Positions 13,218 to 25,104 of a stretch of 64,000 nucleotides of DNA are shown one piece after another. A program made the position numbers and the translations under genes. Source of the DNA: Antedon mediterranea (Eukaryota; Animalia; Echinodermata); the NCBI RefSeq assembly GCF_964355755.1, contig NC_092672.1:6634001-6698000 (forward strand). The letters are read 5' to 3'. Every line of letters begins with the position of its first letter. The stretch's first letter is position 1. A model generated the notes under the pieces. It ran no database searches. It was not told where the DNA came from and saw only the letters and a list, made by a program, of their open reading frames with translations.

Positions 13218-13670
13218 AAATTTAGGAAGAAAGTTTACCTTCTCGATATCAAACTTCATAATTTATGTTTCTACAAATGCAATACGTAACACAAAGCTTA
13301 TATCAATTAGTGGATCTACTGGTTAAACAATTCGAAAGGGTACTACCAAATGAAACAATTACAAACATTTCAATATTCGATTTAAAATATTAAAAAAAAA
13401 TTGGAATCCTAAATCACATTATTCTGGCCCGTGTTAATAGTAATATTAACAATAAAAAGATACCAGAGGAAATTATTTTCCGGCGCAACTAGAGCGTGAA
13501 AATATGTAACTCATACGTGATCAAAATAACAATTAGAAATTGATTGACTTTACAAATTGTAAAAACCGTAAACATTCTATAAAATAAATGGTTCTAACAT
13601 TTTACTGTGAAAAGAGGCATTTATTCTTTACAAAAATGTTCGTAATCTCAAGGTCTGTATGGTAAACTGA

Positions 13671-13807
13671 TACATACACCCATTTTATTAATTTAAAGTA
13701 TTACGCTACGATGAACTCGTTTTACAAATGTTGATTCTTATTCGTTACCGTCAATGTCGATTCTCGTTTTCGCTATGGTTTCTTTCAGTACGAAAGACGT
13801 CAATTTA
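13671..13807 (+). pseudogene. Partial duplicate of the nAChR intron-2 3' end plus the start of exon 3 (pseudo-exon)
   Basis: Closely matches 14996-15136, including ctatggtttctttcag and acgaaagacgtcaattta. It then diverges and reaches TAA at 13825-13827. Confidence 0.85.
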
Positions 13808-15117
13808 CTCGTTTAATATCATTTTAAGGGTGATTTTTTGTCGAAGACTACGATCTAACCGTTATTATATTTCCAAAGTGTAGGGCCTACACTATTTACC
13901 ATGACTGATCAGTAGCATAAGCATGATTCCTGATGTAATCGAAAGCTTGTTACCCAATACAAACCATGTAACTGTATCTTAAAATACAAATATAATTAAA
14001 AGAATTTAAACAATTATTACATTTGTTGTAAAAAGCCTTTACGTATACTTTATATCAATTTAATTAATGGGGTTAAGCTTACTTCACCTGCAGATACTCC
14101 AATCGAATACTTCTCTTTGTTTGTTGCTTCTTATAAAGTTATTGATTCGATCGATATGTGATATTAATTATTACTATAATCAATATATCCACACCTTCCA
14201 TATGATACTGGATCAAACAATGGTGTAAACTATACACGAGCAACAGTTTAGGTTTACATATAATATTTTAAATATAACTTATACACAGTAACTATGTACT
14301 TTGTGTGACGTCACGATTACACGTTCCTTAACATCAACTAATGTAGGCCCAAAGATTCTAAGCGTATTAGGACTAAAACATTATTTATCATTTATGGTAA
14401 CCAATATTTTTTTTTATATTTATTATTTTAATTTAATGAATATGTAATTGAATTCTATGGTCAAATACACCACTTGACTCGTAATTATTATTTATTCATA
14501 ATGTAAACACGTCAAAAACCGAGTCATAATAACGGTACAGGCTCATGTTTAAACTTGCCACCGGCAAAATTCTTTTCATTGTAATTAAAGGCTTACACTA
14601 CATTATCATAAATACTTAAAGGACAACTTTACCGAGAACCATACTTTTGACATCCTATTAAGGTTGTATATATGATTTCAGAACAATAAAAAAATAGGAA
14701 TTATATATGTTTACCATAGAGGGCGCTACAGTTATAAAGGTTAATAGAGGGTGCTACAGTTATAAAGGTTAATAGAGGGCGCTACTTTAATTAAGGTGTT
14801 ACAGTTTTGATTAATAGAGGACGCTATTGTTTTAAAATTGATCTAACTAAATATAATATACACTAAACTGTGTGTTTGTATAAAAAAATTATGTAGCAAA
14901 GAGACAAAAGATTACTACAGAGGGACTAACAAAATTGTTTAGTGTTCATCCCAAGGTAAAAAATATAAATATCTTCAGTTATACACTGAATTTGTACATA
15001 CACCCAGTTTATTAATTTAAAGTATTACGCTACAATGAACTTTGAAATTGTTACAAATGTTGTTTCTTATTCGTTACTGTTAATGTCGATTCTCCTTTTC
15101 CCTATGGTTTCTTTCAG

Positions 15118-15162
15118 GACGAAAGACGTCAATTTATATCGGTGAACGGATGGATGGCACAG
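15118..15162 (+). CDS. nAChR subunit exon 3 (45 nt)
   Basis: tttctttcag|DERRQFISVNGWMAQ|gtaagt. The 45-nt size is typical of this nAChR exon and the loop D Trp is present. Confidence 0.92.
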
Positions 15163-15939
15163 GTAAGTCTATTCTCAGGGCGACCGTTCGTTTATTATGG
15201 TTTTACGAAGCCTAATGGATCAATGGGCTTAAGAAGGTTGTTGGCTGTGAGTGATGAATAAAGCGTTACACCTTTATGATCAGCAACATTTGCAAAGTAA
15301 TGTATTTATTTTTAAGAATGCGACATCTGTTAAAACAACTGTTAAGAGCAGTTTGTATTATGGTCATTTTTGAAATAGTTTGGATAATAAAACTTAGCCT
15401 AGTATGGGCTACCGGAAAAGGATGGTCAGTTGCGCAGCAATTATGTGTCTGAATAATGTTTTATTTAGGCCTAAGCCTATACAGAATGTAAACTTAACAA
15501 GCAAAGATTACTACTAAAGAGTTCGATCTAGGAAGCTTTACGTTTTAGTAAATTACTATAATATGACGTCACCAACACTTTAATATAATTGTATATATAG
15601 CGATAATCCATGTGCGAATGTGAAAAAGGCTTAATAAGACGAATTACAACACAAGGTAGTAACCATTTTAATAACTGAAAATTAATAACAGCAGTAAGGC
15701 CTAACGGTCCCGTAAAATTACATCTCGCTAAATAAAGACAAAATAATCGGTTTCATCAGGAAAGAGTGAATTCACCTTTTTCTGGTTTAATTAATGTGAA
15801 TATGGTTTTGTACTGATATTCTATGTTATTTTCTTACAAAAGAAAAAGAACAAATTCTTGCTAACAATTTTCGATAGACATTTACATCATCATCATAGAA
15901 CTTTCTAAGGGTTTTCTCGTCTATATCATCTCGATACTA

Positions 15940-16445
15940 GAGAGGTTTTGCAATCTTACGAATACGATAACGAAAACGGATACGTCACGCACACGTATTC
16001 GTTTTCGTAAGCCATAAAAAAATCTGTTTCGCATGGCAACGAAATATTGAGGCGCGTCCAAAATATGACTGCGGTAAGTTTGAGCGATGCGCGGGTACGT
16101 GTTGCTTGGTGCTTGTCTGCCTAGGCCTAGCGTAACATCAAAGCGAATGAGGACTTTAAAAACTACTATTTATCAAAATTGACTTGGCATTTTAGTAAAT
16201 TATTTTAGTAAATTACTTTCAATAAATCTATAATTATATTATAATCATGAATCATTCCTGATTTAAATGCAAAATGTGCAAAATAGATCAAAAACTATAC
16301 TCGTTTTGTAGTTACGAATATGACTGGTGATATTCGTCAACACGAATACGCTTTACGAATATGAAATGGGGATCAGCTCAAAAGTTTCACAAATGTATGA
16401 CGTATCCGTTTTCGTTATCGTATTCGTAAGGTTGCGAAACCTCCC
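15940..16445. mobile_element. Non-autonomous DNA transposon with TIRs of about 48 bp, TA-flanked
   Basis: gagaggttttgcaatcttacgaatacgataacgaaaacggatacgtca ... tgacgtatccgttttcgttatcgtattcgtaaggttgcgaaacctccc. Confidence 0.85.
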
Positions 16446-16562
16446 TACTGTATGCGAGCACCATCCTGGTTAGATCTTGCAACGCAAACGCAATTTATAA
16501 CCAGACCATATAACCCCCCAAGGGCAATCATTAACGTAACATTTCCATTTGTATCGATCAAG

Positions 16563-16672
16563 ACTTGGACGGATCACCTGATGGTATGGAACGCTTCTGA
16601 GTATGGTGGATTGGGTACGATAAAAGTTGATAAATCAGCTATATGGATTCCAGACATAACGTTGTATAACAA
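16563..16672 (+). CDS. nAChR subunit exon 4 (110 nt)
   Basis: aag|TWTDHLMVWNASEYGGLGTIKVDKSAIWIPDITLYN AA|gtaagt. Contains the WxPDIxLYN loop A motif; phase 2. Confidence 0.92.
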
Positions 16673-16998
16673 GTAAGTAGGTAGTGGAGCTGTAGCTTGG
16701 TGGTTAACGTGCTTGTTTTCCAATATCAATTGTTCAATGCCTCAAATTTTACGATTCATTACAAAATATTTTTTTTGTTGGCCGAATTCTGTCGTAAACG
16801 ACAATGCCAGTTAGTCTTACATTCATCTGAATGATGACGTAAGCCAGGACTGTTTAAAGCACCTTTGGCTGGTCTCAAAATTGACCAAAGGCTTCTTTCG
16901 TCTAGTATCCACTTTAACCAGAGAAGAGGCATAAGCCAATACATCTGAGGCAGATACTAGATGCAGGGGCTGCCATAAGAGTCAGCAGTGCTGATTTC

Positions 16999-17801
16999 AA
17001 AAGCCTGATGAGACCCAAGCTCCCGGTATTCCGAGCGTATCCGGACAACTACCCCCTGGACAATTACCACCCGGACAATGACCCTTCTAGGACAACTACC
17101 ACCCGGACAATTACCACCTAGGACAACTACCCTCTAGGACAACTACCCCCTTAGGACAACTCCCACCCGGACAACTACCCCCTAGGACAACTACCCTCTA
17201 GGACAACTACCCTCCTAGGACAACTACCCTCTATTCCAACTGCTATTCCCCTAGGACAACAACACCCTCTGAACAACCACACCTATATCATGACACCTAC
17301 ACCTTGGGTTATAATTACGATCTTGTAAAACTTACTGAACTTTAAAACATAGGGAGGAAATCGTTTTTCATAGTTTGACCTAGAAGTTTAAAAAAAAATT
17401 AATATCGCTACAGTTATTACAAAATATACTACAAATGTTAGGTACATACGTCGATATTTTAATAATTTCACCTCAAATATTGTTAAATATATAGTGTGGT
17501 ACAACGCCCCTCGTAGTCCCCTCTTTACACACCATTTGATTTTACAATACAATTAGCACCAAAAAGAAGCAGCTTGTTAATTTGGTTACCAATCCTAAGC
17601 TGTAGTTGTTCCTAGTGGGTAGCTAGAGGGTAGTTTTCCTAGGGGGTAATTGTCCAGGGGGTTATTGTCCGGGTGGTAGTTGTCCGGGTGGTAGTTGTCC
17701 TAGACCCCCGAGATGATCTCTTATAAAGCTCTAACCGGGCCCAACGTTGCTTAACTTCGGTGATCTGACGAGAACCGGTGTTTCGACGTGGTAAGGCCGT
17801 A
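16999..17801 (-). pseudogene. 5S rRNA-derived sequence (pseudogene or SINE3 head) split by a transposon insertion
   Basis: Minus strand 17801-17708 reads tacggccttaccacgtcgaaacaccggttctcgtcagatcaccgaagttaagcaacgttgggcccggttag. It resumes at 17035 with ctcggaataccggg...aggctttt and aligns by eye with metazoan 5S rRNA. Confidence 0.8.
17036..17707. mobile_element. Non-autonomous DNA transposon with inverted subterminal arrays of GGACAA(C/T)TACC(C/A)C
   Basis: More than 10 ggacaactaccc units at 17042-17280, mirrored by ggtagttgtcc units at about 17600-17700. ccgag is present on both flanks (17031-17035 and 17708-17712). Confidence 0.85.
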
Positions 17802-19514
17802 TAATTACAGAGTTACTCTTTGTTGAATGCGTATGTAAACAAGTTTATACGTTGAGGATCTGTGTAACATATTTTTAGTGCTATACTACAGCTGGATGAC
17901 ATTATTTTCATGATATTTGCCTACACATATTTAACTAATTTATACATTATTATGTCCAGTACAAGTCGTCACCCGTAAATACGATACACCGTGCTTAATT
18001 AGAAAATAGTCTTTTTAATTACAAAATAGGATATGGGATAGAATTACTCAATGTTTTTATGAGTAGCGTGTCTAGTCTCATGAGACATTGCAAGATACTG
18101 TAAACTTGACCAATCTAGTTTATTAAATGAAACTGCAACGGTCGTCTATATAAATTGTATGGTATAGAAGATGATGATACATACATATATTAGTAATTCA
18201 GCGAAGTTTTATTAAAAAGTAAATCCAGTTGACTAGATTTTTCATAATAGTCTATATTAATACTACCCGAATGCATGATAATATTCATAACCATATAAAT
18301 TATATGGATAAACTAGATAATTATTAGTAAATTGTTAAAGAATTTATTATGTTTAAGTAACTACGATTAGTGTAAAAATAGCTCTGAAACAACAATTTGT
18401 TCATCTGCCACATAATCCAAATGGTAGTGGTAATTCTCCTAAAGATTAGAATTGGCTATAAGGTAGACTGGCCCTCTCATATACAGCTTAGGTTTGTTAT
18501 CAAGTAGGACTAATGCAACGGTGGTTGTCTACAGAGAGATTTGATTTAAATCAGCTTTGATCTGTTATGATTTCGTTAAAGGTTATGATAAAAACACGAA
18601 CCGTATCTTGAACGCGCTATTCGGAAGTTTATGCGTATGCGTGTCTATATTTCCACCTACTATTTTGCAGCACAAACAAAAAGACGGTAACTAATCGGTG
18701 CTCAAGAGGAGTGTTTCATTCACGTAATTAAATTCGACGTGTTTTATTTTCACACACTTGTTTTGATTGTACACGTTCCGACGACAACAGAAATGATCAC
18801 TCTGCGCATGTCTACAAACGTTGGATACATTTGAACGAAACTGTGGCTTCTTAGTTTTTCGTGACGTTAATCGTCGCAATAGCATAATAAAAGTATATAT
18901 TAACTTATACGTGTCATCGTCATATAAGAATCTCAATATTAAATAGAAGTGAGAACACTTTACGCTATTCTTAAATTGCTTGGCGCCTAAAAACTATTTC
19001 ATAATAGCGACACAAATGCATTTAATGAAGATATTTCACATTGGTTTGTAAATTCAACGATTAATTTTAATGAATAGCAATCTCATCGAATATATGGCTT
19101 ATAAAAATTACCACACTATCAATGATGGATATACCTACAACAGCAACAAGTATACATTTTCTACACCTGGTCATTCTATATGACTACTCGACAAACTAAT
19201 ACATGACAATCATAGGCCCAATAATTTACATCGCGCTGAGCAGTTCATTATTATATAAAGAAAAACACATATATAGGGTTTCGATAAAAATAAATTTGCT
19301 GAAGAGGTAGAACCTGGTTATTTCTATACGACGAAGTAAGTGTCAGGGGCCCAAAGTAGGCCACCTTACATCATAATAACGCTTAACATATATATTATGG
19401 TCCACGTGTGTTGGTATTAAAAATCCGCTTTGCTTGTGCACCCCAGCACGACATAGTGTTATAATGTTGTCTAAGCCACTGCTGAGTTGATTGTATTTTG
19501 TTTTCATTTTACAG

Positions 19515-20053
19515 TGTAGACGATAAATTTGAAAGTGTCAAAGACGACATCCCGTTATCCATCGATTCAGATGGATCAGTTATCATGGCATCTCCAGCAA
19601 TCTACACTGCATTTTGCAAGATGGATGTCAAATTCTTCCCATTCGACAAACAAGTTTGCAAATTTAAATTTGGATCTTGGTCGTACGGAAGTCAGGACGT
19701 TGACGTCGAAGCAATAACCGGAGAGGCTAGTAACCAGAACGAATTCCAGGAGAATGGTGTCTGGGATTTAGAATATGTCTCCTTCGAAAAGAACGTTATT
19801 AAGTATGACTGCTGCCTACACCCATTTACAGACATCACTATGTCAATTGGTTTAGCAAGGCGATACCAATCTTACATTGGCAATGTCCTAGCCCCGTGTG
19901 TGTTGCTTTCATTTTTAGCAGCATTCGTCTTCTATCTCCCGGCAGAATGTGGTGAGAAGATATCATTTTCTATTACAAATCTATTGGCGATTGTCTTGTT
20001 TCAACAATTGATTGCTGAGTCATTACCGCCATCTGATGAAACTCCTTATATTG
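19515..20053 (+). CDS. nAChR subunit exon 5 (Cys-loop, loops B and C, M1, M2)
   Basis: Acceptor ttttacag, Cys-loop CKMDVKFFPFDKQVC, FGSWSY, vicinal cysteines YDCC (alpha subunit), PAECGEKISF (cation-type M1-M2 linker), donor G|gtgagt. Confidence 0.95.
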
Positions 20054-21426
20054 GTGAGTCAAAGAATCTAAACCGCCCCGTTATTTAAACAATACCATTA
20101 AAGTTTTCTAATAATGAGATGCCAATTATCAAACTCCGAGTTCGAATCTGGGCTTCTTTTCAAGATAGTAATGGCTTATTTTCGAAATAATCTATTTGAA
20201 TATCAAAGGAACAGGGTCATGTAATGCCCAGATAACTCGTGATGTAGATATAATGTACGATCAAATTTATATCATACATTTATTTTACAGTTTGAAATGG
20301 TAATCACAAATATGTAAAATTGGCAAGTAATATCTAAAAAATCCTATTATTGTAGTAGAAATTCACAAATTAAAAATATACAGAATTAATTTCGAAAAGA
20401 AGCCCACAACTTTTGTTTGCAAAGTAATTTCGGAAAGAAGCCCATCTTGAAAAGAAGCTCATCTTTAAAAGAAGCCCACCCAAGAGTATTAAAAAAGAAG
20501 CCCAAGGGCTTCTTTTCGAGGTTTTACAGTATTTTAGTTTAGCACAATACTACGGAATAATTGATTATCAAACACAAAAAAACAAAACTGTCATTACATT
20601 CCTTTAGTAAGCTAAGGTCTCTGGTCAAACCACTTACTGTAATTACATAGTACCTACTGTAGTGAGATTAATAGACAAGATACAATATGTTGTATTCGTC
20701 GCCTCAGGTCAACATGTCAGCGGATTCGTAATTGCAAGTCATGTTTCATTTATGTTAGAAATTCTATGACAGACATGTGAATAACAAGTAATAATCTATT
20801 AAAAAGGATATTACCAAAATTTAAATTATTTACAGGGTTCTGAGAGACTATCAGTAATCCATAGCCTACCAAATTAATCGAAAAAAATATATTAACTGCA
20901 ACGAATTATACAAATTTAAATAAAATGTTTCAAAGTCAACGAAATAGAAAAAAAGTAAATCAGTACCGTAAAGTTTGAAATATCAACACCTAACTATCAC
21001 CATGATGGTTTATATATATAAAAAAATATAGGTGAATCTGGGGGAATGTTAACAGTTGCGTAGAATGTTTAAAATATTATTTCTCTAAGAACAATAAGCA
21101 ACCTATATGCTACTAACTTTTAAAGCTGATATGATTATACGAATCTTACATTAGAATTAGTTCTGTGGTTTAAATATTTCTAGTAATTAAGAGTTCACTC
21201 TTCCATCATTAAATTTAGAATTAAAAAAAATGCCAACAGCAGATAGAAAAATACACAATAGTAGGATTGTAACTAACAAACGTATCCCTAAAAGCCCGCG
21301 GATAGAATAATCACAACTTCGACGTAAGAAGATAATACTACATGCATAATGTTGCAATATATGTCATAAACTTATAATTCAAACAATACGGTATTAATCT
21401 TTGGCTGTTTTCATTTTTTTTTACAG

Positions 21427-21884
21427 CAAGCTTCTTCACACTCATAATCTCACTGGGATGCATATCTGTGGTAGCGACGTCTATCATTCTAAAAGTTCAT
21501 TACGGAAGACACAAGAAGCCCGTAAATGCTGTCATCAACAAATACATCGTGAGAGGCTTAGGATCATTCTTGGGAATTTATAAGGACCAGAAGTGTACCG
21601 TCATGGGATCATCACAATGCTTCAAAAGAGTACACCCTTCTCCCGTAGTCATCACAGACATCACTAAGAAGAACAATGGCGTCAACCCTTCAGAAGAACT
21701 CAAAGAGATAATGGCAGATATCAGAAAGTTTAACGAGCAAATCGACGAGAGGAAGAAGGAGGAAGAACTTTTGGAAACATGGACGGATCTAGCGAGTGTA
21801 CTTGACCGAATCATGCTGATACTATGCATGTTCATTGTGTTTACAGCATCTATAGTTGTAACAATTAAGTTAATAAAAAGATAA
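21427..21884 (+). CDS. nAChR subunit exon 6 (M3, short cytoplasmic loop, M4, stop)
   Basis: tttttacag|CA AGC.., reading ASFFTLIISLGCISVVATSIILKVHY ... WTDLASVLDRIMLILCMFIVF. The six exons sum to 1350 nt (449 aa + stop). Confidence 0.92.
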
Positions 21885-22185
21885 TATTACATATTGTAAT
21901 TTGGTCAATATAATTGTATACATCGTAAGAACTAATTAAGGGCAGATTACCCCAGCTACCTCTTGTAGATTAACGACATACGTTATACTTCCATATATAA
22001 AAACAAACAAAGGAGAAACCACGAATCACTACAATATAATATTTAAAAACTTAAAAGGACAAGGTAAATGATAAAACTTAATTCTACATCCAGTTCAAAC
22101 TACAGTTGAACCCATTTTGATCTACTTAGACGAAAGTTACGCACTGTACTAGTAAATAAAACAAAAGTTATTATAATAATAGTTA

Positions 22186-22366
22186 AGCGTGGTTCCCACT
22201 AACAACGCAACGCAAGGACGTAACGCAACGCAAGTGAATTGCCCAATCACAAGCGATGGCTTATTCGCTTGTGATTGCTAACTGTCTATAACTTGTTGCT
22301 TGTCATTGGTTAAAACGCTTGCGTTGCGTTTACGTCCTTGCGTTACGTTCTAGTGGGAACCAAGCT
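22186..22366. mobile_element. MITE family A copy
   Basis: agcgtggttcccacta...tagtgggaaccaagct, flanked by TTA on both sides. Confidence 0.9.
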
Positions 22367-23000
22367 TTAATAATAAGAATAGAATAGAATAAAATCCTAT
22401 TAAAGTGAATACCACTTATTATTTTACTTAAATGAATAACTTGGTGTTTTTTTATTAATGGATACATCTCACTTAAGTGTGATTTGTATGAATATGGAAA
22501 TAGTATTTTGGTAGTGTTACTTGTTGGTAGGATGTTTAATGTGATTTTCTTTTCACCGATTGTTAGATTATTAGTAAATATCATATTACAATAATCAGAG
22601 ACCATTAGAATTATGATAAATGTCCGTATTATAAATTATTGTCAGAAAATGTTACAGAGGTATTTCCTAATAAAACATTTCAAAGCATATGGCTCCGAAC
22701 AGCCTACATCGTTTTATTTCAATTATCCATGTTGTCGCAAATACATTCGAACGGTCAGGGCTGGTTTGGTTGGCTATATTAAGTGCACAGACGACATGGA
22801 ACCAGGTACATGAGTGAACATAATTCAAAGCCTGTAAACTAGCATTTATTGAGTTGTTGAGTGCAGTGCGTTTTTTATACCGGAAACGCGTGTTGATTAA
22901 ATCTATCCTTTCATCCATTTTGGTAAAACGAATTAATTTGAACTTCGATATTAGAAAAAGTCAATTACGTTGCGATTACGTCCCGCCGTTATGTCCTTTA

Positions 23001-23651
23001 AGCTTGGTTCCCACTAGAACGTAACGCAAGGACGTAAACGCAACGCAAGCGTTTTAACCAATGACAAGCGAAGTTATGGACAGTTAGCAATCACAAGCGA
23101 ATAAGCCATCGCTTGTGATTGGTCAATTCACTTGCGTTGCGTTACGTCCTTGTGTTGCGTCGCTAGTGGGAACCACACTTTAAGCTCTGTCTACACTATT
23201 ACACTTTATGTGACAACAAAATGTGATGTGCCCATATATGGACATGATGATGTCATATCACTACCATTTAGGAATATCACTACCACTTTTTTGTAAAATT
23301 AGTTTGATAGTGTAGGCAGAGCGTTAGGAACCACGCTTAAGCTTGGTTCACACCATAGAGACGCAACGCAAGCCTGTAGACGCAACGCAAGCGAGTTGAC
23401 CTATGAAAAGCGACAGTTTGAATATGTCATTGCTTGTTGCGTTGCGTTACGTCCTTACGTTATCAAGCTTTAAGCTTGGCTCCCACTAGCGACGCAACAC
23501 AAGGACGTAACGCAACGCAAGTGAATTAACCAATCACAAGCGATGGCTTATTCGGTTGTAATTGCTAACTGTCTATAATTTCGCTTGTCATTGGTTAAAA
23601 CGCTTGCGTTGCGTTTACGTCCTTGCGTTACGTTCTAGTGGGAACCAAGCT
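23001..23651. mobile_element. MITE pile: family A (23001-23179), family B (23183-23323, TIR AGCTCTGTCTACACT), degenerate A (about 23340-23469), family A (23473-23651)
   Basis: The elements abut through shared TTA/TAA triplets. Family B fragments recur near 12370-12477, 29036-29143, 44180-44300, 53606-53697 and 60436-60560. Confidence 0.85.
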
Positions 23652-25104
23652 TTAGGATGCCGAATTAGTTGTGTATACCCAGGATGCCGCATACGCACCT
23701 AACGCGATGAGAATGCATGAATGCACAGTTGATCTCGAGAAAATCACAGAATCAAAATTAATTTCAATTAAACCAACATATTTCTAGTGTGACAAGTTCC
23801 CTTGATACTTGAATTGATTTTATGTGACGTAAATGATGTTTATATAACATATTCACCTCAAACATATACTATGGGTTTAAACAAAAATTGAAAAAAGTTA
23901 CAATCTTGAAAGTAAAAAATGATGATAACATCTTTATTGATTAGTAGGTCAAATATATGAAATATTGGAAATTCATTAATGAGTTTATTAAGATAGACAA
24001 TAAATATAATAACTTTAAATATAAAAGCATTTAACTGTATCATTATTATTGAATAGCCACACTAATGTGGGGATTTAATATAGCCCACTCACTGTTATTA
24101 ATGTGAAAAATATACTTTCAGTTACGTGGTACGATTATGAATTTTCTCAACAAACATTAACACCGTGCATTTTCAATGAATTCAATATGCATATTTAAAG
24201 CAAGACTATTAGAAAATAGAAAAAATCGATAAAAATAATCCGAAAAAGCACACAGTAGGTGAAATAAATGACGACAGTAGAACGATTGTAATAGTCATAT
24301 TGACTTTTATAAATGACGTGCGCATGTAATACGCCTGTCGCAATGTTCTGTCTTATCGTCGTTATTTTCTCGTATCGAAATTCCAAAACATAATCAATGC
24401 CAGATTAATGACAATGTTTAGTTTGCATAGCAAAGTGTATAAACAATCTATCACCAGCGAATTCTGACAACCAACACAATTGACTTTGTATTACATACTC
24501 AGTATTACATAATTCGTAACTGTTTCATTTATTTATGAATATTTTCCTTTTCGCATGTTCGTACCGAATCAATTAATCAGTTATATCATTAAATTTCCAC
24601 ACAAATGTTTTATACATTAATGGTAATATTTGCCATATTTTATTAAACGTTGCCTTATTAATCAATATCATTGAATAATAATGTTTTCAGCGTGATTCGC
24701 ATACGGATTGTACATAATGTTTATTCCACCGTGTTGGTGTTGTGCCAATAGGCATACAATCAAGAAATACTTACGATTAATAGTTATACAATTATGCAAA
24801 GCTATAATAATAGTGAAGCATTTATACGTTCAATACCAATATAATACTGAACGTATTGAACGTATAAATGCTTCACTATCTGTCTATTCTCGTATTATTG
24901 TCTTCATCTTCAATCATATTATATCATAATCGCCCATAACTATCATTTTTATCACCACCAATACAATCAACCATATAATGTATACACATCCACACCACCA
25001 ACGCCATGGTATGAGAACAAACACTCATATCACCGCAACAATATTCCCAACACAAATTGCTACTATTAGAATTACCAATATTCAAAAACATCAAAAATAC
25101 AACA

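Noticed and set aside
16452-16562. N-terminal extension of the nAChR exon-4 ORF
   Set aside because: Intronic read-through: similarity and the canonical 110-nt exon start at 16563.
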